This document shows positions 17,220 through 26,092 of a DNA stretch of 64,000 nt, piece by piece (within the stretch, counting starts at the first letter, position 1; every line of letters begins with the position of its first letter). Under the pieces are notes generated by a model. The model saw only the letters and a list, made by a program, of their open reading frames with translations, was not told the DNA's origin and made no database searches. The stretch comes from Acidimicrobiales bacterium. Lineage in GTDB: Bacteria > Actinomycetota > Acidimicrobiia > Acidimicrobiales > Bog-793. The DNA lies in the NCBI GenBank assembly GCA_050015475.1, contig JBEKBI010000011.1, forward strand, positions 8,135 through 72,134, given 5' to 3'. Both the position numbers and the translations under genes were made by a program.

Positions 17220-17735
17220 TTGCAGACGATCGAGGATTCCGGGGCTGGATCGGTCCAGGGCTCCGCGGATGGGGCCGGGCTTCGCATAGCGATCGCCTGC
17301 AGCCGCTTCAACGGTGATGTGACCAACAAGCTCCTTGCGGGAGCACGCGCAGAGCTAGCGCGAAGCGGAGTTGCACAAGCCGATACGACCGTCGTCTGGG
17401 TACCGGGCGCGTTCGAGCTTCCTCTCATCGCCCTGGCGTTGGCCAGGACCGGGAGCTACGACGCCGTCATCTGCCTGGGGGCTGTCATCCGGGGGGAGAC
17501 GTCCCACTACGAGTTCGTGGCCGGTGAGTGCGCCACCGGCATCCAGCGGGTCCAGCTCGAGTTAGGCCTGCCAGTCGTGTTCGGCGTTCTCACGACCGAG
17601 AACCGGGAGCAGGCGCTTGCCCGCGCCGGGGGAGCGGTGGGTAACAAGGGAACCGATGCCGCCACGACTGCCATAGAGATGGCGAATGTGCTCCGTCAGG
17701 TGGAAGCGACCGAGGGACTGCTCCCGCGCAAGTAG
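17220..17735 (+). CDS. ribH: 6,7-dimethyl-8-ribityllumazine synthase
   Basis: GLRIAIACSRFNGDVT, VPGAFELP and GAVIRGETSHYEFV motifs. The start is tentatively TTG 17220 (171 aa). The track ORF starts inside ribBA. Confidence 0.9.
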   Translation: MQTIEDSGAGSVQGSADGAGLRIAIACSRFNGDVTNKLLAGARAELARSGVAQADTTVVWVPGAFELPLIALALARTGSYDAVICLGAVIRGETSHYEFVAGECATGIQRVQLELGLPVVFGVLTTENREQALARAGGAVGNKGTDAATTAIEMANVLRQVEATEGLLPRK

Positions 17736-17900
17736 GGCCCGGTGGCGCCGGGCTCGAGGAGAAACGCGACCCGAGCGACGCCTTGCCCGCGCACTTTGTA
17801 TGCAGCACGCGAATTTCGATGTGTGCGCGGTCGGGGCGACACGGCGGGCGAGCGGGCCCTTCTGGGCGGTGGCAGGCTGGAGCGCGTGGGCACCTTGCAT

Positions 17901-18734
17901 GTGGAGACCCTGACAGACGCAGGCGCTGCCATCGATCGGGCGCGCGAACTCCTGATGGCGAATCCGGTCGACCTCAATGTGATCTGGAGCGTCATGGCTC
18001 AGCGCGCCTGCTCGGGCACACCCGGCACGTATTGGCTGCTCGAGTCAGACGAGACGCCCGTCGGCATCGCCATCGAGTCACCGCCGCAACATCCCGTGGC
18101 GATCTCACCGATGCCACCTGAGCACGCCCTCGCGACCGCCACAGCGATCGCGGACCAGGGTCACCGTGTCTCGGGCGTCGCGGGCGAGGCGTCCACAGCG
18201 GCCGCTTTTGCAGGTGAATGGACGGAGCTCTTCAGGACCGCCGCAGAAGTGGAAGATGCGCAGCGCCTCTATTTGCTCGGCGAGCATGTGCTCTCCACGC
18301 CAGTGCCCGGACGGTTACGGCACGTGGACGCATCCGAACGGGAGTTGAGCACCGGCTGGTGGTCCGACTTTCATGACGAGACAGGCTCGCAGGGCGGAGA
18401 GGTGTCCCTAGCTGTCGACCTGGCCATATCGGCCCGGCGGCTCTTCGTCTGGGACGACGGTGGTCCCCGTTGCTTGGCGCGGGCCACCCAGCCGCTCGGC
18501 GGCATCTCAAGGATCGGAGTCGTCTACACCCCACCAGAATGGCGTCGCCGAGGCTATGCATCCGCTTGTGTCGGAGAACTCTGCAGGCGCGTTCGTGCCG
18601 AAGAGGGAGCTAATTCGGTGCTCTACGCGCAACTCTCCAATGCCGGATCGAATGCGATGTACAGGCGGCTTGGGTTCCAGGCCGTGTCAGAGGTCCTCGT
18701 TTACCGGTTCGGAGACGCTGCCCAGAAGAGTTGA
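17901..18734 (+). CDS. GNAT family N-acetyltransferase
   Basis: C-terminal acetyl-CoA-binding-type block GVVYTPPEWRRRGYASACVGELC...MYRRLGF. The start is tentative at GTG 17901. Confidence 0.7.
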   Translation: METLTDAGAAIDRARELLMANPVDLNVIWSVMAQRACSGTPGTYWLLESDETPVGIAIESPPQHPVAISPMPPEHALATATAIADQGHRVSGVAGEASTAAAFAGEWTELFRTAAEVEDAQRLYLLGEHVLSTPVPGRLRHVDASERELSTGWWSDFHDETGSQGGEVSLAVDLAISARRLFVWDDGGPRCLARATQPLGGISRIGVVYTPPEWRRRGYASACVGELCRRVRAEEGANSVLYAQLSNAGSNAMYRRLGFQAVSEVLVYRFGDAAQKS

Positions 18735-18902
18735 GGCCGGCTAGGCACTCGCCTTTCCGGCGGTCCTCCTTCGGCTGAGTTGTGCTGCGAGTCGCCTGCC
18801 GTCCAGGCAAATGCGGTCTCACGGCGGACGTCATTGCCCGCCCATGTGACTGAAGAATGTTGTGAGGTTCACTGATGGAAGAGGCCCCGCTCTGTGGGCG
18901 AG

Positions 18903-19259
18903 ATGACAGGCGTGCTGCCGCAGGACTCGACAACGTCCGTTTGCATGCCGACGCTCGACCCCCGAATCAAGGCCCATTACTAGCGAGGCTACGCCTGGCA
19001 GGACCGCCTTTGGCAGGGTGCCCAGGGTGAGGTAGTTCGCCTGCGAACCCGGGACATCTGTGAGCGCTACCAGCCGGAGCCAGCCGCCGCACCAAGGGTG
19101 ATCGATGTCGGAGGCGGACCTGGCGTTCATGCTGCCCACCTAGCGGAACGCGACTGCCAGGTGAGCCTCGTGGATCCGCTCCCACTTCACGTGGAACAGG
19201 CACGCTGCCGAGCCACCGGCACGGGTCAGGTGATTGTCGCGTGTTGCTTGCGCACCAAG
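18903..19259 (+). pseudogene. remnant of a class I SAM-dependent methyltransferase (in-frame stop, 3' truncated)
   Basis: My own translation gives MTGVLPQDSTTSVCMPTLDPRIKAHY*RGYAWQDRLWQGAQGEVVRLRTRDICERYQPEPAAAPRVIDVGGGPGVHAAHLAERDCQVSLVDPLPLHVEQAR... It has motif I (VIDVGGGPG) and the acidic post-I residue (LVD). A TAG lies at 18981-18983. The frame runs into the 3' end of the convergent gene and stops at 19260-19262. Confidence 0.5.
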
Positions 19260-19897
19260 TGATATCGAATGAAGCGCGACATTCGCCCGCGATCGCCTGC
19301 TGCCTCGTGGTCAACCATCTGGAAGTCCTTCCCGAAGCGTCGGAGCAGGTCGGCAGCGTCCACTCCGCTCGCGCCCATGAGGCGCCAGGTCTTCGGTGGG
19401 CCATAGAAGCCGGCCACGTAGAAGTCCGCGCCGGGCACAGCGAGCTCCGTGACCTCGCGCGCGTACGATTCCCGGAGTTGATCAGGGACGCTGTGGTAGC
19501 AACCCGTGTCCAAGATGAGGTCGAAAGGCGCTTGAATCCCGATCTGGCGGAGTTGCGTGACGTCGCCCAAAACGAAGCGGGGGGTGACACCAGCCGCGGC
19601 TGCACGTTCTCTTGCAGTCTCGATGGCTTCAGCGACGAAGTCGACGCCCACTACGTCCCATCCGAGCAGAGCGAGGTATATGGCGTCGGTGCCGCAGCCG
19701 CAACCGATATCGAGGGCGCGACCGGGTTGGCGGTCGGCGACTAGCGCTTTGACCTCGCGATGAACCTCTAGGGAGTCCCACCTCGGGGTCCCATGACGGT
19801 ATGAGAAACGGTAGAAGAAGTGTGCGACTCTCCCACCGGAACGACTGGCAGGCTCTGAGCGGCTTCCCGTCTCGTGTTGCGCGCTAGCTTCGGCCAT
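19226..19897 (-). CDS. class I SAM-dependent methyltransferase
   Basis: Motif I ALDIGCGCGTDAIYLA and post-I VVGVDF. Divergent from marR. Confidence 0.85.
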   Translation of the reverse strand: MAEASAQHETGSRSEPASRSGGRVAHFFYRFSYRHGTPRWDSLEVHREVKALVADRQPGRALDIGCGCGTDAIYLALLGWDVVGVDFVAEAIETARERAAAAGVTPRFVLGDVTQLRQIGIQAPFDLILDTGCYHSVPDQLRESYAREVTELAVPGADFYVAGFYGPPKTWRLMGASGVDAADLLRRFGKDFQMVDHEAAGDRGRMSRFIRYHLVRKQHATIT

Positions 19898-19920
19898 GAC
19901 AACTCCTCATCAAATCAGTA

Positions 19921-19957
19921 GCTTAGTAACTAAGCAGTATAGTAACTAGCTATACTG
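19921..19957. promoter_or_regulatory. candidate MarR operator: two adjacent inverted repeats in an AT-rich divergent promoter region
   Basis: IR1 is GCTTAGT-A-ACTAAGC (19921-19935). IR2 is CAGTATAG-N7-CTATACTG (19935-19957). TAGTAACTA also occurs twice (19924-19932 and 19940-19948). The site lies between the methyltransferase start (19897) and the marR start (19964). Confidence 0.5.
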
Positions 19958-19963
19958 TGGTCA

Positions 19964-20428
19964 ATGTCGATGACGAAGCCCAGCCAGGTCAGTGAGACGC
20001 TGCAGCGGTTCGGTCTCGCTAGAGACCGCATGAGAAGTGCTCTAGCGCGACATGCAGGGATGAGTGAGACGGAGCTGGATGCGCTGGAACATCTCGAGCA
20101 TGAGGGTCCGCTCACCCAACGCGAGCTCGGTGACCGCCTCTCGCTCACCTCGGGCGCGATCACGATGCTCATAGATCGGCTCGAGGCGGCGGGCTGGGCG
20201 ATCAGGGGGCCACACCCGACTGATCGCCGTTACGTGCTTGTCGAGCTGAACCCCGCCCTCCAGTCGGAGATGCCGCACGACCTCGTGATGTTCCACGCCA
20301 GAATCCGCTCGCTGGCCAATAGTGTCCCTGTCGAGCACCGAGAGGCTTTGTGCGAGTTCTTGGACGCGGCGGCAGGTGTGGCCACGGAGGCAGCCGAAGC
20401 GATGGCCCGCCTCGACGTGGCCCACTGA
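19964..20428 (+). CDS. MarR family transcriptional regulator
   Basis: wHTH block LTQRELGDRLSLTSGAITMLIDRLEAAGWAIRGPHPTDRRYVLVEL. Confidence 0.9.
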   Translation: MSMTKPSQVSETLQRFGLARDRMRSALARHAGMSETELDALEHLEHEGPLTQRELGDRLSLTSGAITMLIDRLEAAGWAIRGPHPTDRRYVLVELNPALQSEMPHDLVMFHARIRSLANSVPVEHREALCEFLDAAAGVATEAAEAMARLDVAH

Positions 20429-20743
20429 CAGGCTTCGTCGGGAGCGGCCGCGAGCGGTGACCTCAAGCGCCGGTGCCCGCGCACGTGGCCCTTGTACCCA
20501 GCGCGAGGCGGCTGTTGTGTCCTCCGTGTCGGTGCTGAAGGCTGCCGATTCGTCGAGGCAACTGTGCGCCTAGGTTGTCTGGCTTCCGGCCGCGGATAGC
20601 GAGGCGTCGCCATCGTCTCCCGGCTGAGACGTGGCACTGAAGTGACTGGGAACATCCCAGGTAAGAACTGGTAGTCAGGCGCAGGACAGACCGTGCGAGA
20701 CTTGCCCGCAATGGGCCACGCCGTGGTTCGAGAGGGGGCTTGG

Positions 20744-21712
20744 ATGGAGCCGATCGGCAGCTACCTCGACTATTCGGGCAGGGATGACGTCCTGAGCGGC
20801 GGGATCAAGGAAATCTCGGTGAACACGCCGAGCGGCACGCAGCGCGTATGGACCAAGCGGATCGGAAACAACCCGGATCTCAAGGTCTTGCTGCTCCACG
20901 GTGGACCGGGCGCGACCCATGAGTATTTCGAGGCCTGCGACAGCTACCTTCCCGCCGCCGGGGTGGAGTACTACTACTACGACCAGCTGGGATCGGGAAA
21001 CAGCGACCACCCTGAAGACATGGACCTCTGGCAGCTCGATCGCTTCGTCGACGAGGTCGAACAGGTCCGCGGCGCCCTCGGTCTCGATCGCGAGAATTTC
21101 GTTCTCTGCGGGCAGTCCTGGGGCGGCATTCTCTCCATCGAATACGCCTTGCACCACCAGGAGCATCTCCGGGGCTTGGTCATCTCCAACATGATGTCCA
21201 GCGTCCCGGCGTACAACACCTACGCGGAGCAGGTGCTCATGCCCGAGATGGACCAGGTTGCGCTAGGCGAGATCAGACAATTCGAGGCAACCGGGCGAAC
21301 CGATGACCCCCGCTACATGGAACTGCTCATCGAGCAGCACTACGTCCACCACATTCTCCGGATGCCGCCTGAACAGTGGCCGGACCCGGTACGGCGAACG
21401 TTCGCGCACCTGAATCAGGTCGTCTACGAGACGATGCAAGGTCCGAGCGAGCTCGGCATCAGCGCCAACGCCCGCCTTTCCCACTGGGACCGAACGGAGG
21501 ACCTCGCATCGATAAAGGTGCCCACTCTCGTGATCGGCGCCCGGTACGACTCGATGGACCCCGCCTTCATGGAGATGATGGCGGGTCGGCTGCCTCGCGG
21601 AAGCTACCTGTACTGCCCGAACGGCAGCCATTTCTCGATCTATGACGACCAGAGCACTTACTTCACAGGGCTGATCGCGTTTCTCCACGGACTGCCAGAC
21701 CGCAGCGACTGA
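20744..21712 (+). CDS. proline iminopeptidase-family alpha/beta hydrolase
   Basis: LLLHGGPGATHEYF and the nucleophile elbow GQSWGG. Start is ATG 20744. Confidence 0.85.
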   Translation: MEPIGSYLDYSGRDDVLSGGIKEISVNTPSGTQRVWTKRIGNNPDLKVLLLHGGPGATHEYFEACDSYLPAAGVEYYYYDQLGSGNSDHPEDMDLWQLDRFVDEVEQVRGALGLDRENFVLCGQSWGGILSIEYALHHQEHLRGLVISNMMSSVPAYNTYAEQVLMPEMDQVALGEIRQFEATGRTDDPRYMELLIEQHYVHHILRMPPEQWPDPVRRTFAHLNQVVYETMQGPSELGISANARLSHWDRTEDLASIKVPTLVIGARYDSMDPAFMEMMAGRLPRGSYLYCPNGSHFSIYDDQSTYFTGLIAFLHGLPDRSD

Positions 21713-21999
21713 CCACAGGCTGGTGGCCGTCTGAGGCGAGCGGCGGGCCGGACGACAGGTACGCAAGCGAGATCAACCCAGTTTGTTCATCTCTTTCAGG
21801 CGTCACGCCACGTCGCCGATCTGCGTTACGCGCTGAGAGTTGGTCGCGGCCGCTCGAGGGTGCAGACCGGGCTCAGGCTCAGCGGCGATCAGGACAGCCT
21901 GACGCAAGCTCCCTAGCCGGCCGTTAGCAGACTCTCGCACTCCGCCGCCGCCGCTCCGCTAGCCAGTCAGGCACACCGCAGTCCGCGGTACCGTGCGTC

Positions 22000-22845
22000 A
22001 TGGCCGATCAGACGGAGTCGCCACGGGTCGATCTCGTGGTGACAGACCTTGACGGGACGCTTTGGGACCAGTCCGGGGTCGTGCACCCTCGGACGTTGGG
22101 CGCTTTGAGGTTGTTGGCCGACGCGTCCGTCCCGGTCCTGGCCGCCTCGGGTCGTCGGCCCTTCTCCGCCTGGCCGGTGATGGAGGCAAACGGGATAGCC
22201 CTGCCGGCGGTGTTCCTGGACGGTGCTATCGGCCGTGATTTCAGGGCGACGACTTCGTTCCACAGGCACGCGTTCACCTCTTCGGCCGCCGAGGAGGCGT
22301 TGGGGGTGTTCGAGTCACTGGGCGTAAGCCCATGCGTGAACGTCGACGACCCTGTCCGCGACATCGTGCTCGGGAAGAACCCGAGCATTCACCCGGAGTA
22401 CCTTCGCCGTCTCGGACCCTGGGTGCGCGAGGAGGACCCGTGGACCGCGGCGCGGACTCTCGGGGTGCTCGCCTTCACGCTCCTCGGCGGCGAGCGTTCT
22501 TGGGTCCTGGACCTGTCCGCTCAGGTGACGGCTCGTGTGCCCGTGACTGCCGCGGTCTCGACGGACCGGACATACGGGGGCCTCCATGTGAGCTTTCGCC
22601 CCATTGGCGTGACCAAGTGGGCCGGGGTTCTGGCATTCTGCGCCGCCCATCGGCTCGACCCCCGCCATGTGTTCGCAATCGGGGACGGGGACAACGATGC
22701 GGAGCTCCTCGATGCAGCCTCGGTTGCAGCCGCGGTGGCCGACGCCTCACCCGCGGCGCTGCAGCTCGCGGATCACGTGCTCCCGCCCGCGAGCGAAGGC
22801 GGCTGGGCCGAGATACTCCCTCTGCTGGGGTTGTCCGGGGAGTAG
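22000..22845 (+). CDS. HAD-superfamily (Cof-like) hydrolase
   Basis: Motif I DLVVTDLDGTLWD and C-terminal GDGDNDAELL. Confidence 0.85.
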   Translation: MADQTESPRVDLVVTDLDGTLWDQSGVVHPRTLGALRLLADASVPVLAASGRRPFSAWPVMEANGIALPAVFLDGAIGRDFRATTSFHRHAFTSSAAEEALGVFESLGVSPCVNVDDPVRDIVLGKNPSIHPEYLRRLGPWVREEDPWTAARTLGVLAFTLLGGERSWVLDLSAQVTARVPVTAAVSTDRTYGGLHVSFRPIGVTKWAGVLAFCAAHRLDPRHVFAIGDGDNDAELLDAASVAAAVADASPAALQLADHVLPPASEGGWAEILPLLGLSGE

Positions 22846-23175
22846 TCAGCCCTCCGGCGCTGGCCGGGCCGGTTCCTCGGGGGCCGGCGGCACTGAGGCG
22901 ATCCGGACGTACGCGAGCCGAATCTGTGTCAGTCCCTCCGAGAGTGCCTGGGCATGCTGGCCGAGCCGGTCACCGAGCCCGTCCACTATGAGCCCGAGGG
23001 CGTCGATGCTCAGCTGGGCCTTCTCGAGCTGAGGCGGCTGCTGGGACAGCTGCAGGGCGGCGAGCTCGAACAACCCGTAGCAATGGTTGGCGACGACGTC
23101 CTCCGCCGGCACGGTCGCGAGGTGCCGGGCGACCTCGGCCAGCTCCTCCTCGGTCGCGCGGTCCTCGTCGCTCAT
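22846..23175 (-). CDS. DUF1844 domain protein
   Basis: PAEDVVANHCYGLFELAALQL...AQLSIDALGLIVDGL...LTQIRLAYV matches my memory of DUF1844, which commonly lies next to infC. ATG 23175. A longer low-complexity N-terminus from ATG 23343 is possible. Confidence 0.75.
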   Translation of the reverse strand: MSDEDRATEEELAEVARHLATVPAEDVVANHCYGLFELAALQLSQQPPQLEKAQLSIDALGLIVDGLGDRLGQHAQALSEGLTQIRLAYVRIASVPPAPEEPARPAPEG

Positions 23176-23525
23176 CGAGCCGGGTTCCTCTCCCGGCCCA
23201 CGCGGCGACCCAGCTTGTCTCGGCCCGGCCGGCCTGCCAGGTTTGGGTGGGCTTTCAGGGCCAGAGGAACCCCCCGTGCCGGACCCGGCCTCGCCCGGTG
23301 GTGGCACGCGATGTTCTCCCTCAGGTGTCCAGAGGCTGCTCATGCTGCTAGCGTACGTGCTGACAACTGAGGGAAGCGGGGTGCGCCTCAGGCGTGACTC
23401 CCACCCGGCCACTGTCGGCGATGCCGACAGGTGCGTCCGGGTCTTGAGTGACACCAGTCGGCACGGCCGGCTTCCCTTTCGTATGGCCGAGCTTGGCTTC
23501 GGCCCTAGCGAGAGGACGACGCCCA

Positions 23526-24239
23526 ATCACCACTGTTCCCAGCTCCAATGAGCCACGGATTAACGACCGTGTCCGTGCTCGTGAGGTCCGGCTAGTCGAC
23601 GCTGAAGGTCGCCAGCTCGGGATCACGCCTCTCGCACAGGCTCTCGCCATCGCCCAGCAGCAGGATCTCGATCTGGTGGAGGTGGCGCCTTTGGCGAATC
23701 CCCCGGTTTGCCGGATCATGGACTATGGGAAGTTCAAGTTCGATGCCGCGCAACGTGCCAAGGAGTCGCGTCGCAAGACGAGCAACGTCGGCATAAAGGA
23801 GATGAAGTACCGGCCGAAGATCGGCCCGGGCGACTTCGACACCAAGACCCGCCAGGTCTTGAAGTTCCTCGCCGATGGGCACAAGGTCAAGGTGACCGTG
23901 ATGTTCCGGGGACGGGAGGTAATTCACCCCGACCTCGGCAAGCGCATCTTGGAGCGCATCACAGAGCAGATTGACGGCGTGGCCAAGATCGAGATGGACG
24001 GTCGCCTGGACGGGAGGAACATGGTGATGGTGCTCGCCCCGGACAAGCGGGCGAAGCAATCATCCGAGGCGAGGCACCAGACCGAGGAGCGGCACCTGGT
24101 GGTTCCGGACCCGGCCCCGCCGACCGAGGTGGTGGCACCGGGCGAGAGCGGACTGGCGGTTCCGGGCATAGAAGAGGCAGTGTCGGGCAACGGTCAGGCG
24201 CCCACAGAGACGCAAGAGCAAGTGGAGACGGACACCTAA
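23526..24239 (+). CDS. infC: translation initiation factor IF-3 (probable non-canonical ATC start)
   Basis: EPRINDRVRAREVRLVDAEGRQLG...VCRIMDYGKFKF is the IF-3 N-domain and linker. In-frame ATC 23526 is preceded by GAGAGGA at about 9 nt. The only canonical alternative is GTG 23448, which adds 26 unconserved residues. Confidence 0.9.
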   Translation: MTTVPSSNEPRINDRVRAREVRLVDAEGRQLGITPLAQALAIAQQQDLDLVEVAPLANPPVCRIMDYGKFKFDAAQRAKESRRKTSNVGIKEMKYRPKIGPGDFDTKTRQVLKFLADGHKVKVTVMFRGREVIHPDLGKRILERITEQIDGVAKIEMDGRLDGRNMVMVLAPDKRAKQSSEARHQTEERHLVVPDPAPPTEVVAPGESGLAVPGIEEAVSGNGQAPTETQEQVETDT

Positions 24240-24450
24240 CAAGAGGGCACATGGTTGGCGCCAGAACGGGGAGCTCCCCGCGGCGCTTGGCATTGGGTGT
24301 GGGGACTGAGCAGCACAGATCGGTTCGAGCCCGAACCGGTCACCGGCCGGCAGCTGGTGCCTCACGGAGGGCACGGCGACCCGGCACAGGACATAGCGCA
24401 CGGAGCACTGTGCGACACGAAGATCGAAATTGAGACAAAGGGGTACGGAA

Positions 24451-24645
24451 ATGCCGAAGCAGAAGACAGACCGGGGAGCGGTGGCCCGTTTCAAGATCAC
24501 CGGCACCGGCAAGATCAGGCGCCGGCAGCAGAACCGTGGCCATTTGATGGAGAAGAAGTCGTCGGTCCGCACCCGCCGCCTCGGTCACGAGGTCGACCTG
24601 TCGCCGGCCAACCGTAAGAGCATCCGCCGGATGCTCGGCATCTGA
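24451..24645 (+). CDS. rpmI: 50S ribosomal protein L35
   Basis: MPKQKTDRGAVARFKITGTGKIRRRQ..., with a GGGG SD upstream. Confidence 0.95.
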   Translation: MPKQKTDRGAVARFKITGTGKIRRRQQNRGHLMEKKSSVRTRRLGHEVDLSPANRKSIRRMLGI

Positions 24646-24735
24646 GGTTCGCCCCGAACCTCGAAGTCCTGGGTCGTCGCCCCGCTGGGGCCACGCCCAC
24701 CACCGAGACCGAGGTCTCGGACCGAATTTGTTGAG
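24646..24735 (+). promoter_or_regulatory. structured rpmI-rplT spacer (two perfect hairpins, second followed by a partial T-tract)
   Basis: Hairpin 1 is GGTTCG(24646-24651)-CCC-CGAACC(24655-24660). Hairpin 2 is CCGAGACC(24703-24710)-GA-GGTCTCGG(24713-24720), followed by ACCGAATTTGTTG. Confidence 0.35.
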
Positions 24736-24777
24736 CAACACAGATCGCACTCGAATCGAAGATGAAGGGAGCCCGAA

Positions 24778-25170
24778 ATGGCCAGGGTGAAGCGCGCAGT
24801 CCATGGCAAGAAGCGCAGGAGGACCGTCCTCGAGCGCGCACAGGGCTTCTACGGCAACAAGTCACGTTCCTACCGGGCCGCGAACGAGCAGGTCATGCAC
24901 TCGCTCCAGTACGCGTTCCGGGACCGTAGGGCACGCAAGGGCGACTTCAGGAAGCTGTGGATCCAGCGCATCAACGCCGCCGCCAGGCTCAACGGCACGA
25001 CCTACAGCCGGTTCATCGCCGGGCTGCACAAGGCCGAGGTCGACATCGACCGCAAGATGCTGGCGGACATGGCGGTCCGCGACCCGCAGGCGTTCGCTGC
25101 CCTCGTGCAGATAAGCCTTGGGGCTCTCGCCGAATCCGGTGAGGACGGGGCCGGCGAAGCCGCCTCGTAA
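24778..25170 (+). CDS. rplT: 50S ribosomal protein L20
   Basis: [15 protein letters not shown]...[26 protein letters not shown]. Confidence 0.95.
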   Translation: MARVKRAVHGKKRRRTVLERAQGFYGNKSRSYRAANEQVMHSLQYAFRDRRARKGDFRKLWIQRINAAARLNGTTYSRFIAGLHKAEVDIDRKMLADMAVRDPQAFAALVQISLGALAESGEDGAGEAAS

Positions 25171-25214
25171 GCATCAACCTCAACTCGAGAGTTAGCGGCG
25201 TCAGGGCCTGCCAC

Positions 25215-26036
25215 GTGGGCAAACTCGGGACACGAGACCAACGCGTGCAGCGGCTGAGGCGATTGCTGCGCCGGTCGAGCGTGCGTGACTCGGAGCGTGC
25301 CTTCGTCGCCGAGGGCGCCAAGATCGTCGAGGCGGCGATGGACGCCGGGGCGCCGATCGAGTCGTTGTTCGTCGCCGCCGACTGGCGGTCGTCGCCCGCG
25401 GTGAGCTCGATTGTCGATCGGGCGAACGGGGTCGGTCTGCAGGTCTTCGAGCTCGGACCCGGGATCATGGAGCGCGTGGCCGACACGGTCAGCCCGCAGC
25501 CGGTTTGCGCCGTCGTCGGCGCTTTGGCCCTCGGACTCGACGAGATGATGGCCCCGGAGGCGGAGGGTGCCGAGAGAGGGCTGGTCCTCGTCTGCGTCGA
25601 CGTTCGCGACCCGGGGAACTTAGGGGCGGTGCTGCGCATCGCGGGTGCCACGGGCGTCGCCGGAGTGATCTGTTGTGCTGGGACCGTCGACCCGTTCAAT
25701 CCGAAGGTGGTCCGCTCGAGTGCCGGGGCCGTTTTCAGGGTGCCGATCGTGGCTGGCGTGACGCCGGCCGAGACGCTCGAGCGGTTGAAGGAATTCGGCT
25801 ACCGGTGTTGGGCGACTGTCCCTCGGGAGGGTACCGACTATGCCGTCGCGGAGATCGACGGGCGTACAGCCCTCGTGCTCGGCAACGAGGGAGCCGGATT
25901 GCCCTTTGAGGTCGTCGCTCGGCTCGACGGCTCGCTGACGATCCCGATGGAAGAGGGAACCGAGTCGTTGAACGTCGCCATGACCGCGGCCGTGCTCTGC
26001 TTCGACGCCGCTCGGCGCCGCCGGTCCCCGAGTTGA
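25215..26036 (+). CDS. TrmH/SpoU-family RNA 2'-O-methyltransferase
   Basis: SpoU motifs LVLGNEGAGL and IPMEEGTESLNVAMTAAV. Conserved position between rplT and pheS. Confidence 0.85.
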   Translation: MGKLGTRDQRVQRLRRLLRRSSVRDSERAFVAEGAKIVEAAMDAGAPIESLFVAADWRSSPAVSSIVDRANGVGLQVFELGPGIMERVADTVSPQPVCAVVGALALGLDEMMAPEAEGAERGLVLVCVDVRDPGNLGAVLRIAGATGVAGVICCAGTVDPFNPKVVRSSAGAVFRVPIVAGVTPAETLERLKEFGYRCWATVPREGTDYAVAEIDGRTALVLGNEGAGLPFEVVARLDGSLTIPMEEGTESLNVAMTAAVLCFDAARRRRSPS

Positions 26037-26092
26037 GGGAGCCCTAACATGTCGCCATCGAACCGCGGGAGCAGTCGCACGAAGGTGGCGTT

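Noticed and set aside
21742-21764. A shared motif GGCGGGCCG(GAC)GACAGGTACGC at 21742-21764 and 46236-46254. Each copy lies about 15-30 nt downstream of a stop codon (the hydrolase and polA).
   Set aside because: It is only about 20 matching nt with a 3-nt indel. A rough estimate for a G+C-biased 64-kb window puts this near chance expectation, and neither copy forms a clear hairpin. A genome-wide count of the motif could revive it.
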